Source of the DNA: an uncultured Bacteroidales bacterium
GTDB taxonomy: Bacteria; Bacteroidota; Bacteroidia; Bacteroidales; VadinHA17
Direction of reading: 5' to 3'
DNA: 64,000 nt
Assembly (NCBI GenBank): GCA_963732435.1
Contig: CAVSZL010000013.1
Coordinates: forward strand, 129,605 to 193,604
Positions 39,301-47,890 of this stretch are shown in pieces. Numbering within the stretch: position 1 is the first letter of the stretch; the number at the start of each line of letters is the position of its first letter. The notes beneath the pieces are model-generated. The model saw only the letters and a program-made list of their open reading frames with translations. It searched no databases and had not been told where the DNA came from. Both the position numbers and the translations under genes were made by a program.

Positions 39301-40578
39301 TTAACTCACTGCTTTAATTGGACAATATTTAAAACACCTCCCACAACTAAAACACTTTCCCTGGTCAGGTTTATATTCAGTCCTTCTTTTAGTTATGGTT
39401 AGGGATACTAATCCTATTCCAAGAGAGATTCCAAGAAATATGCCAGCCAGCGGGGATGCTTTTCTAAAACGATTGATTATAGCCTCTTCTTCAATAAACA
39501 GATCTTCATCTGTCTGACCAGTTTCCTTGAATGCTAAAACTGTTCTTGACAGTGATTCAATTCCGGATTCTTTTTCAAATCTGATATCTCTTGCCAGTCT
39601 GACAGTCCGGTTTGCTCCCGATAACACAGGAGCCAGATTATAAAAGATTAAACCACCTGCAGCTGCAAAAGCCGGAATAAACAAAATATATAGTAAGAAC
39701 CTTCTTCTTAATTTCTCCTGATCTTCCTGTTTCTTATCAATATTGGAAGGGATTATCGCATCATATGGACATGAATTCTCACACAATCTGCAATTAGTAC
39801 ATTCAGCCGGAGTTATCGTAAGATGCTTTCCTGCAAACCTTGAAAAAAGATTGAGAAGAACACCATAGGGGCATAAAAACCTGCAATAAGGCCTGCTGAC
39901 AAATATTCCTGCAAGTAACAGAAGTATCCCAAAAATTATCATTGTATATGGTGCATCAAGTCTGAATATTCCTACAAAAGGATCGTATCTGCAAATTAAA
40001 AACTGACTTTCAGTTGCTGAAAAAAGCACAGCCAGTGCCAGATAGACAAAAGGAACTGAAGTCAGAAATATTTCGACGGCTTTGGAAAGTTTAACCGGCG
40101 AAAAACCTGTAAGCTCTTGTATAGCACCTAACGGACAAACTCCTGCACAGAATACTCTTCCAAATGCCAGGGCAAATATCAGGGGTATTAAGAAAAACAA
40201 AAGGGCTGTTAAAGGAATCGTGTAGGATTCATTGAATAATGCAAGTGAGACATTCTGTACAGAGCCAACAGCACATATGCATCCTTCCCTGTAAAATCCA
40301 AAATATGCGAGTGAAAAAAGAGACATCAATAATAAACCTTTCCTTGAACGTTTCTTCAAAGCAAGCCATGTTGTAACACTCAGAGCAATAATTAAAAGAG
40401 TAACATCCAGGTATTCCCATACCGATGCTCTTTGCAATGGCATCTGATGTTCAGGATAAGAATACTCAGTCTCAAACTCCGGTCGCGGGAATCTGTCCTG
40501 CCCAATTAAATCAGCATGCAAGCTTAATAATAATATGAGTAATATATATGGAGCAATCTTCTTCATTAAGTATGTCAT
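39301..40578 (-). CDS. NapH/MauN/NosR-C-like integral-membrane polyferredoxin
   Basis: Multiple TM helices with CX3CP motifs (FCAGVCPLGAIQE, YCRFLCPYGVLLN), cytoplasmic CTNCRLCENSCP and C-terminal CFSCGRCFKYCP. Stop is 1 nt from the next start. Confidence 0.75.
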   Translation of the reverse strand: MTYLMKKIAPYILLILLLSLHADLIGQDRFPRPEFETEYSYPEHQMPLQRASVWEYLDVTLLIIALSVTTWLALKKRSRKGLLLMSLFSLAYFGFYREGCICAVGSVQNVSLALFNESYTIPLTALLFFLIPLIFALAFGRVFCAGVCPLGAIQELTGFSPVKLSKAVEIFLTSVPFVYLALAVLFSATESQFLICRYDPFVGIFRLDAPYTMIIFGILLLLAGIFVSRPYCRFLCPYGVLLNLFSRFAGKHLTITPAECTNCRLCENSCPYDAIIPSNIDKKQEDQEKLRRRFLLYILFIPAFAAAGGLIFYNLAPVLSGANRTVRLARDIRFEKESGIESLSRTVLAFKETGQTDEDLFIEEEAIINRFRKASPLAGIFLGISLGIGLVSLTITKRRTEYKPDQGKCFSCGRCFKYCPIKAVS

Positions 40579-40652
40579 TATTCATTTAGCTTGTTAACTG
40601 TTATGCCTCAAACACTCTAATATGCATCGTCATTGCGAGCGTAGCGAAGCAA

Positions 40653-41222
40653 TCACATTTTCCCTTTATCTTTCTCAATGTATGAAAACCCGACAGGTAC
40701 TCTGCTGATTGCATGTGACGGACAAGTTCTGGCTATTGCACACTCATTACAGTTTACACACAGGTCGTGCTTTATCTGCATATAAAGTGATCCGTTTCCG
40801 AAATCAGCACATCCTTTAACGCATTTTGCACATCCGTCACAAAGATTCTCGTCAATTGTATATTCAAAATAGGGTTCTTCAACATACTTGCGGACAATAG
40901 CCCCTGTAGGACAAAGCTGAGCTTCAGCACCGGTGCTTATTGTTTTAACACCCTGCCGCAGATAACCTCCGCATAAATCACAATATCCACACATTCTGTA
41001 AGCATGTACGCACTTTGATGCAGAAGGGGTAAGGACACAATTAGTTTTGCACTGCCCACATGTTGTACACTTAAAAGGATCAATCTGCCATACATATCCT
41101 GATCCGGAGGTTTTCTTTGAGAGGGCAACCGGAATTATTACCAGAGGAACAGCAACAATGAATTTTCCTGCCCGTCTGACAAAATCCCGTCTTGTCTGAT
41201 ATTTATTTTTTTCACTTCCCAT
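40653..41222 (-). CDS. Tat-exported 4x[4Fe-4S] ferredoxin, NapG-like
   Basis: Twin-arginine signal QTRRDFVRRAG. Cluster motifs CTTCGQCKTNC, MCGYCDLCGG..LCPTGA, CDGCAKCVKGC and CVNCNECAIARTCP. ATG at 41222 preferred over the TTG at 41237. Confidence 0.8.
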   Translation of the reverse strand: MGSEKNKYQTRRDFVRRAGKFIVAVPLVIIPVALSKKTSGSGYVWQIDPFKCTTCGQCKTNCVLTPSASKCVHAYRMCGYCDLCGGYLRQGVKTISTGAEAQLCPTGAIVRKYVEEPYFEYTIDENLCDGCAKCVKGCADFGNGSLYMQIKHDLCVNCNECAIARTCPSHAISRVPVGFSYIEKDKGKM

Positions 41223-41233
41223 AACTTGATCTA

Positions 41234-41398
41234 TCAATACTTATTGCAGTCTGTTTCACCATTACAAATGCCCTTACCCGGACACTTTGAGCATGCACTT
41301 CCTGATACAATGCGACTTCCCAAAGCCATAGCAATAAGAACCAGAATTGCAAAGAGTCCAAGCCTGCCCGATTTCTTAAAAAATTCCTCCCTTGTCAT
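41234..41398 (-). CDS. Small (54 aa) membrane/secreted Cys-rich protein, not in the ORF track
   Basis: My translation: MTREEFFKKSGRLGLFAILVLIAMALGSRIVSGSACSKCPGKGICNGETDCNKY. ATG start. Same strand as the array. Ends 11 nt before the ferredoxin start. Confidence 0.5.
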   Translation of the reverse strand: MTREEFFKKSGRLGLFAILVLIAMALGSRIVSGSACSKCPGKGICNGETDCNKY

Positions 41399-41457
41399 AG
41401 TGTTTCACTTTTTTACAATTATGAAAACTTACAAATATACCTTAAGCAGATCAAATC

Positions 41458-42682
41458 TCAATTCTGAGTAACCCCGACATCGTAAACCATTAATGAGTTA
41501 CCATGTCTTACATAGAGTCTTTTATTTTTCAATACCAGATGAGCCCAATGTGGGTTTGATCCGTATGGTACTGTAAATGTACTTATTATATTGAACCTGT
41601 CAGCCTGGGGTTCTATCAGTAAAATCTTTCCTGATTCAGTGTATATATATAATAATCCGTCATTAGCAATAATATTTGCAGGAGCAGCATTTCCAATGGA
41701 GAAGAGCTCTTTACCTGTTTTCATGTCGAGACAGAATAGCCTGCGGTTTCTGTCCCCGGTTCCATATATCCTTCCATTCAGAATTACTGCACCGCTGTTA
41801 ATATTGTCAATTAATGTAGAACCCCATAGTTGTTTTACTGCATTTCCATTCATCTCCAGTTTCAGCATTAAACCACCACTTCCACTTTCAGAAAAGCAAA
41901 ACAGATGACCATCAGAATAAACCGGAGAATTCGGATGCACGTTATATGTATTTTCATGCTTAAACTTCCAGAGCAAAATACCTGATTCAGCATTAAAGCC
42001 ACAAACGGATTTTTCCATTAAGGTGACAAGAATTTTTTTGTCTGCAGTCTTAATAATGATTGGAGAACAGTATGCAGATTCTTCATCAATGCCTTTGCTT
42101 TTCCAGATTAATTTACCTGAGTTTCTGTCCAGAGCTACAGTGCTTGTTTCTACACCACCGGGAGAACAATAGAGAACATTGCCATCAAATGCAAGATTCT
42201 CCGTCATGCCCCATGTAATACTTCTGGCTCCATATTCCTTTACCAGATCGACTGACCATATTACCTGACCATTTGTGGCCGACATACAGACAAGTTTCCC
42301 GAAAGAACTCATCAGATATAACTTCCCGTCGATAATCAGAGGGTGTGGATCTTGTTCCTTCATAATTTCTTTCCCATTCCTGTCCATATTCTTTCTTCCA
42401 TAATAACTTTCCGTTAATGTCGAAAGCAAAGACAGAACCGATCCCATTGATCATCCCTGTAGTATAAACTCCGTTTTGTGTAACCGAAGCGGAAGTATGG
42501 CCATCTCCAAGGTCATCAAAATGCCATAAAAGTTTTGGTCCGTTATCGGGCCATTTCTTCAATAACCCCTTTTCGTTATATACGCCATTACGATCAGGCC
42601 CCCTCCATTGAGCTACCTCCTGGGCTTTAGTAACTGGCACAAAAAGTGATGAAACTAAAAAAATGTTTAATAGTATTCTCAT
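41458..42682 (-). pseudogene. PQQ-like beta-propeller paralog, frame disrupted near 42340-42343
   Basis: ORF 42185-42682 is homologous up to ..NYEGTRSTP. ORF 41458-42447 resumes at PLIIDGKLYLMSSFGKLVCM. The paralogs read GTRSTPLIIKDKLF, so removing one nt restores the frame. Confidence 0.75.
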
Positions 42683-42744
42683 AACTACTATTGAGTCGGT
42701 AATTAACTTTCTCTTAAAAAAGGGTAACCATATCTGTAATGATT

Positions 42745-43959
42745 TTAACTTGATGCAATATCATAAACCATAAGAGAGGTACCATGTCTGACATATAATT
42801 TCTTATCTTTTATAACAAGATGTGCCCAATGAGGATTTGCACCAAAAGGAACAGGAAATGAGCTTATTATGTTAAATCGATCTGTTTGTGGTTCAACTAG
42901 GGAAACTTTTCCAGACTCACTGTAAATATATAATAATCCATTGTTTGCGATAATATTGGCTGGTGCCAGATTCCTGACTGAAAACAAATCTTTGCCTGTT
43001 TGCCAGTCAATGCAGAACAGACTTCGGTTTCTGTCGCCAGTTCCATATATCCGGTTGTTTAGAACAACAACACCTCCGATTTTAGGGTCAAGTTTAGCAT
43101 TTTTCCAGACTTCAGACACTGCACTTCCATCTGCTGAAAGCTTTAGCATAACACTTCCAAGACCATATCCGCTTGTACAAAAAAGAAGACCGTCTTTATA
43201 TATGGGAGTATTAGGATGAACGTCGGGATCCATTTTAAATGGAGATTTCCAGAGTAATGATCCAGTTACGGCATCAAAACCGCAAATTGATTTTTCCATA
43301 ATAGTTACCAGAATTTTCTTATTTGAAAGTTTTATGATCATTGGGGAGCAATAGGCCGATTTTTCATCAATACCTTTGCTCTTCCAAATCTGCTTTCCTG
43401 TATTTATATCTAAAGCAACCAGTGCTGCTTCCTTCCCACCTGGTGTACAATATAATACATTTCCATCATTCAGTAGATTCTCGGTAATTCCCCATTCAAT
43501 GTTTCTTGCACCATATTGTTTTACCAGGTCAGTAGTCCAGATTGTTTTTCCATCGGTGGCACTCATACAAAAAAGTTGTCCAAAAGCACTGAGTAAATAT
43601 AGCTTATCGTTTATAACAAGAGGAGTGGATCTGACCCCATTATGACTTTCGGTCCATTCCTTTCCATATTCCTTTCTCCAGAGAAGTTTGCCCTTTAGAT
43701 CAAATGCAAAAATGAAGCCGTTGCCATTAATCATTCCGGTTATATAAATTCCTTTATCTGTAACAGAAGCTGAAGTATGACCATCACCCAGTTCATCAAA
43801 ATGCCATAATAGCTTTGGTCCATTATCCGGCCATTTATTCAGCAACCCGGATTCATTATAAATTCCATCGCGGTTAGCTCCCCTCCATTGGGAGATTTCC
43901 TGAGCAGACAGACCAATGCCACCCAATAGTAATAGAAGTGTTGAAATTGTTTTTATCAT
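42745..43959 (-). CDS. Secreted PQQ-like beta-propeller protein, paralog
   Basis: Signal peptide, then ISQWRGANRDGIYNESGLLNKWPDNGPKLLWHF. Collinear with 44002-45222 and 41458-42682 along the full length. Confidence 0.75.
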   Translation of the reverse strand: MIKTISTLLLLLGGIGLSAQEISQWRGANRDGIYNESGLLNKWPDNGPKLLWHFDELGDGHTSASVTDKGIYITGMINGNGFIFAFDLKGKLLWRKEYGKEWTESHNGVRSTPLVINDKLYLLSAFGQLFCMSATDGKTIWTTDLVKQYGARNIEWGITENLLNDGNVLYCTPGGKEAALVALDINTGKQIWKSKGIDEKSAYCSPMIIKLSNKKILVTIMEKSICGFDAVTGSLLWKSPFKMDPDVHPNTPIYKDGLLFCTSGYGLGSVMLKLSADGSAVSEVWKNAKLDPKIGGVVVLNNRIYGTGDRNRSLFCIDWQTGKDLFSVRNLAPANIIANNGLLYIYSESGKVSLVEPQTDRFNIISSFPVPFGANPHWAHLVIKDKKLYVRHGTSLMVYDIASS

Positions 43960-44001
43960 AATTGTAATTTTAAATATTAATATACATTTTACATGGACAT
44001 T

Positions 44002-45222
44002 TTAATTAACTGTTAAATCATAAACCATCAGAGAATTTCCGTGTCTTACATATAATCTCTTATTCTTTATTACCAGATGAGCCCAATGTTGTGCAGTTCC
44101 AAATGGAACTTTAAATGAGCTGATAATATTAAAACTGTCAGCCTTTGGTTCCACGAGATTTACAGTACCTCTTTCACTGTATACGTATAGTAATCCATCA
44201 TTTGCAATTATATTGGATGGAGCGAGCTGGTTTATTGAATATAATTCCTTACCACTATTCCAGTCAATACAGAGTAATTTTCTCGTATTATCCCCTGCAC
44301 CAAAAATCTTTGAATCAAATGCCACTACACCGCCCATTCTTGGATCAAGGGATTTATTCCGCCAGAGTTCCGTTACTGAACTTCCATCTTCTGATAGTTT
44401 CAGCATAACACCACCTTGTCCATAACCACTTGTACAGTATAGGTTTCCATTAATAAAGACAGGAACATTGGGATGTACTGAATATTGATTTGGCTGTGGA
44501 TGTTTCCAAAGGAACTTTCCGGTGGTGGCATCAATACCCTGAATAGAATTCTCCATCATAGCCACAATGATTTTGCGCTTTGATAATGAGATAAGTAACG
44601 GAGTACCATAAGCAGACTTTTCTCCGTTTCCCTTGCTTTTCCACAGTAATTTACCAGTATTAAGGTCCAATGCAATTACATTTGCTTCAATTCCCCCCGG
44701 GCAACAATAAAGTGTGTTTCCATCAAACAGCAGATTTTCAGTCACACCCCATTCAATATTCCTTCCGTCATATTGTTTCTGCAGCTCTGTACTCCAGATA
44801 ACTGCTCCGTTCGTTACATTCATGCAGACGAGCTTCCCGAATGAACTCATAACAAAAAGCTTATCTTTAATTATCAATGGAGTGGATCTTGTTCCATCCC
44901 AGTTTGTACCCCATTCCTTTCCATATTCTTTCTTCCAGAGGAGTTTACCTTCACTGTTAAAAGAAAAAACATAGCCGGTGCCGTTTAACATACCTGTTGT
45001 AAAAATACCAGCATTGGTAATGGCAGCTGATGAATGTCCGTCTCCTAACTCATTGAAATGCCAGAGTAATTTAGGTCCGGTTTCAGGCCATTTCCTGAGT
45101 AATCCGCTCTCACTATAAATACCATTTCTGTTTGGTCCCCTCCATTGTGAAATATCCTGTGAATTGATTTCAATAAAAATCACCAAAAATGTCAGTAACA
45201 ATAATAATCTATTCATATTCAA
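44002..45222 (-). CDS. Secreted PQQ-like beta-propeller protein, paralog
   Basis: Signal peptide, then ISQWRGPNRNGIYSESGLLRKWPETGPKLLWHF. Same conserved blades and C-terminal HWAHLVIKNKRLYVRHGNSLMVYD. Confidence 0.75.
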   Translation of the reverse strand: MNMNRLLLLLTFLVIFIEINSQDISQWRGPNRNGIYSESGLLRKWPETGPKLLWHFNELGDGHSSAAITNAGIFTTGMLNGTGYVFSFNSEGKLLWKKEYGKEWGTNWDGTRSTPLIIKDKLFVMSSFGKLVCMNVTNGAVIWSTELQKQYDGRNIEWGVTENLLFDGNTLYCCPGGIEANVIALDLNTGKLLWKSKGNGEKSAYGTPLLISLSKRKIIVAMMENSIQGIDATTGKFLWKHPQPNQYSVHPNVPVFINGNLYCTSGYGQGGVMLKLSEDGSSVTELWRNKSLDPRMGGVVAFDSKIFGAGDNTRKLLCIDWNSGKELYSINQLAPSNIIANDGLLYVYSERGTVNLVEPKADSFNIISSFKVPFGTAQHWAHLVIKNKRLYVRHGNSLMVYDLTVN

Positions 45223-45345
45223 TTGTTTTCATTTATCAAATATTTACTAAATAAGTTTCAGAATTATGTCTCTTTTTTTTATCAACTCATCGAAATCGTT
45301 GGCATAACTTAGCTTCATTTAGGTTTAAGTACAATCACAGGAATT

Positions 45346-46275
45346 CTATTTCCTTTTAAAAATATATAGTTTTGAATCATCTGAATTAGCTGCATAAATT
45401 GCTTTACCATCAGGAGATGCAAGATCAAGTGGTATAGAAGCCATAAATTTATTTTTTGAGGAGACATATTCCACAAATTTTCCTGATTTATCGAGAATCT
45501 TGATTCTGTTAATACCTTTCTCGGCGGTAACAAATCCTTCCGGTATAACAATGAAATGGGCAGGATTGCAACATCCGCAAAATGCTTCAGGAGATGTCCC
45601 GGGTTCTCCAAAAAAGGTCAGTGTCTTTCCGTCATTATCTCTGTGTTCTACCCTTCTGTGCCCTGTATTACCAACAAAAAAAGAGTTGTCTTCGTTGATT
45701 GCAACATCAAAATAGGGGCTGGGAACAATAAACTGACCATCATTGTGTCCAACCATTTTTTTAACCTCACCTCCCTTATCCAGAATGTAAATTGTTTTGT
45801 TTCCTGCATCTGCAAAAGCTACGTATCTGTTGTTCGAGGAAACAGAAGTTATAATGCTATTGGTTTCAAAAGGCCCCCATTCGTTTATTATCTCTCCATC
45901 GTTATCCATTAAAAATATCTGTTCTGCAGTTGATGCAAATAAAGTATCTCTGTGGTAAGAGAGAGAGGTAACAGGTGATGACATCTTTTTGTTCCATATA
46001 AGATTTAACTCTTTATCAAAGCAGGACACAAAGGAATCTCCGGCCAGATAAATATTACTCTCCTGGGAAACTGTAACTGCTTTAAGTGTTCCCTCAGTCA
46101 CTTTAAATTCCCTCGTAATCTCCCACAAATCCCCTGGTCCCTGGCTTTCTGTAACACTTATTACATCCTGAGTGGAATCTACGGTCTGAATTGAATCATA
46201 GATCATATAACCAATAAAGACAAGTATTATCAAAACTGAAAAAAGTGCTGCAATATTCTTTTTCATGTTATTCAA
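45346..46275 (-). CDS. Membrane-anchored NHL-like six-bladed beta-propeller protein
   Basis: N-terminal TM IAALFSVLIILVFIGYMIY. Repeats of the type IYLAGDSFV, IFLMDNDGE, IYILDKGGE, FFVGNTGHRRVEH and IKILDKSGK. Motif FCGCCNPAHF. Confidence 0.6.
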   Translation of the reverse strand: MNNMKKNIAALFSVLIILVFIGYMIYDSIQTVDSTQDVISVTESQGPGDLWEITREFKVTEGTLKAVTVSQESNIYLAGDSFVSCFDKELNLIWNKKMSSPVTSLSYHRDTLFASTAEQIFLMDNDGEIINEWGPFETNSIITSVSSNNRYVAFADAGNKTIYILDKGGEVKKMVGHNDGQFIVPSPYFDVAINEDNSFFVGNTGHRRVEHRDNDGKTLTFFGEPGTSPEAFCGCCNPAHFIVIPEGFVTAEKGINRIKILDKSGKFVEYVSSKNKFMASIPLDLASPDGKAIYAANSDDSKLYIFKRK

Positions 46276-46379
46276 ATTTTGATTTATGTAGTAGCCTTAC
46301 CTGTATGATTCATTAGATGTATACATTTTAATAATATATCTTCTTTCTGGGTTCATTTAGTTACAATTACCTTCTGTTT

Positions 46380-47840
46380 TTATTGACCAATATCCAGGCA
46401 TAACATATTTCTTGCATCCCTGAGAATTAGACATTTTCCGGCAATTGCCATTGGTCCCCAAGCCTCTATTCCATCAATAATTTTATGTGCTGTAATAAGT
46501 GATGCGCCATTGCTCTTTATTTCAAACAAGTACAACATACAATCATCGTCCAGGAGGTACATTTTATCGCCACTCACAATATATGGTCCCAGACCTCTGC
46601 CAAACCTGTTCTCCTTGCCGCTTGACCAAACTGGGGTCAGAAGATCAGATTTATGAAAACAGGCAAGCTGCTTTTTAAGAGGACCTGCGTTTTCTGGCAT
46701 TACACTCCAGATGTAATCTCCAATAGAAACAGGAGTTTGCTGATCGCTTGCGATTCCGTTTGTTCCTTTGTGCTGTTCCTTAACAACGGCTGAATAGACA
46801 GAACCATCATAAGTGATTTCAATCCTGGCTGCCCCTGCACCATAACTTCCAAACACTGCAATCTCATTATTTCCAAGCGGGACAGGAGAAGCTGCCGTAG
46901 TTGCCGGACTCCAGTCAGTAGTTGTCCAGAGAAGTTTTCCTGCATCTTCCTTTTCAGCGGAAACACCACAGACACCGCCAACGGCATTATACACATACAT
47001 TTTTTTCCCGTGAATTGTCATCGGAATAATCGATCCATGAGACATTCTCAGGGAATCGGGGTTAGGAGTAGTCCAGATAACTTTGCCTGAGGAACAATCA
47101 ACTCCGATCATAAGAGCTTTAACGCCTGGTGCAATAACTGCTACATCATCATCTATTAACGGACATTGTCCTGAGAAGAAATCTGGTGTTATTCTTCCGG
47201 TTTCTCTACCGGGTATACCATATTCTCTCTCGAGATCGATTGACCACAGCAGGTTGCCATTGAGAGGATCAGTACACATAACATGGGAGCGAGGACCAAT
47301 TGTTACTATATACTTGTCGGTTACGGCAGGAATAGTCCTGGAATATCCGTGGTTCCTCTTTAGTTCAACATAATACCACCTGCGCCATAATTCTTTACCG
47401 GAGGAGAGTGAAAAGCATCTCAGAACATCGGCTTTTCGTCGTTCGTTATAATCAAGAATGTAAACCCTGCCATTATGGACAACCGGACCAGAATACCCCT
47501 CGCCAAGGGTTACACTCCACAATACGGGTGGACCCGCAGTATCCCATGTTTCAGCTAAAGGAATTGTGTCTTTGCTGATATTGTCAAAATCAGCACCCCT
47601 GAATCTGGGCCAGCTGCCAGGAATTACATCATCAATTTCCGCAATCGTATCAAAGAACTCACCAATTATGACTGAATCAGTTCTTATAACCATTTTGGGC
47701 CTGTTATCCATTCCGGGGATTCTTTCAGATACATTGAAAGAATTATCCCTAAACAACCAGTAAATTAGAGTTATCAAAAAGACTGCTATAACAGCCCCTG
47801 TAATCAGAACTTTTCTATTTATAAAATTCAACATTAGCAA
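46380..47840 (-). CDS. Membrane-anchored PQQ-like beta-propeller protein
   Basis: N-terminal TM VLITGAVIAVFLITLIYWLF. WPRFRGADFDN entry motif. Blades such as CFSLSSGKELWR, CTDPLNGNLLWS and GVDCSSGKVIWT. Confidence 0.7.
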   Translation of the reverse strand: MLMLNFINRKVLITGAVIAVFLITLIYWLFRDNSFNVSERIPGMDNRPKMVIRTDSVIIGEFFDTIAEIDDVIPGSWPRFRGADFDNISKDTIPLAETWDTAGPPVLWSVTLGEGYSGPVVHNGRVYILDYNERRKADVLRCFSLSSGKELWRRWYYVELKRNHGYSRTIPAVTDKYIVTIGPRSHVMCTDPLNGNLLWSIDLEREYGIPGRETGRITPDFFSGQCPLIDDDVAVIAPGVKALMIGVDCSSGKVIWTTPNPDSLRMSHGSIIPMTIHGKKMYVYNAVGGVCGVSAEKEDAGKLLWTTTDWSPATTAASPVPLGNNEIAVFGSYGAGAARIEITYDGSVYSAVVKEQHKGTNGIASDQQTPVSIGDYIWSVMPENAGPLKKQLACFHKSDLLTPVWSSGKENRFGRGLGPYIVSGDKMYLLDDDCMLYLFEIKSNGASLITAHKIIDGIEAWGPMAIAGKCLILRDARNMLCLDIGQ

Positions 47841-47890
47841 TATAAAACAATTTCTGGTTGGAGCTCTGAGTGCTCTTCTCTGTGCATTTT

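Noticed and set aside
40628-40655. GC-rich string cgtcattgcgagcgtagcgaagcaatca in the spacer between the NapH-like and ferredoxin genes. It resembles a short palindromic element I have seen in other genomes.
   Set aside because: Only a 5-bp stem (attgc/gcaat) is present, there is a single copy in the window, and it partly overlaps the ferredoxin stop codon. I cannot substantiate it as an element without a genome-wide count.
41226-41471. Plus-strand 81-aa ORF between the ferredoxin and the propeller pseudogene.
   Set aside because: It starts at a non-ATG codon and runs antisense to a 16-gene single-strand array. It overlaps the better-supported minus-strand 54-aa ORF (ATG start, TM segment, Cys-rich tail).
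45315-45611. Minus-strand 98-aa ORF overlapping the 3' end of the NHL propeller gene.
   Set aside because: It is an alternative frame of the same strand inside or adjacent to a longer ORF that has repeat structure, and its translation shows no motifs.
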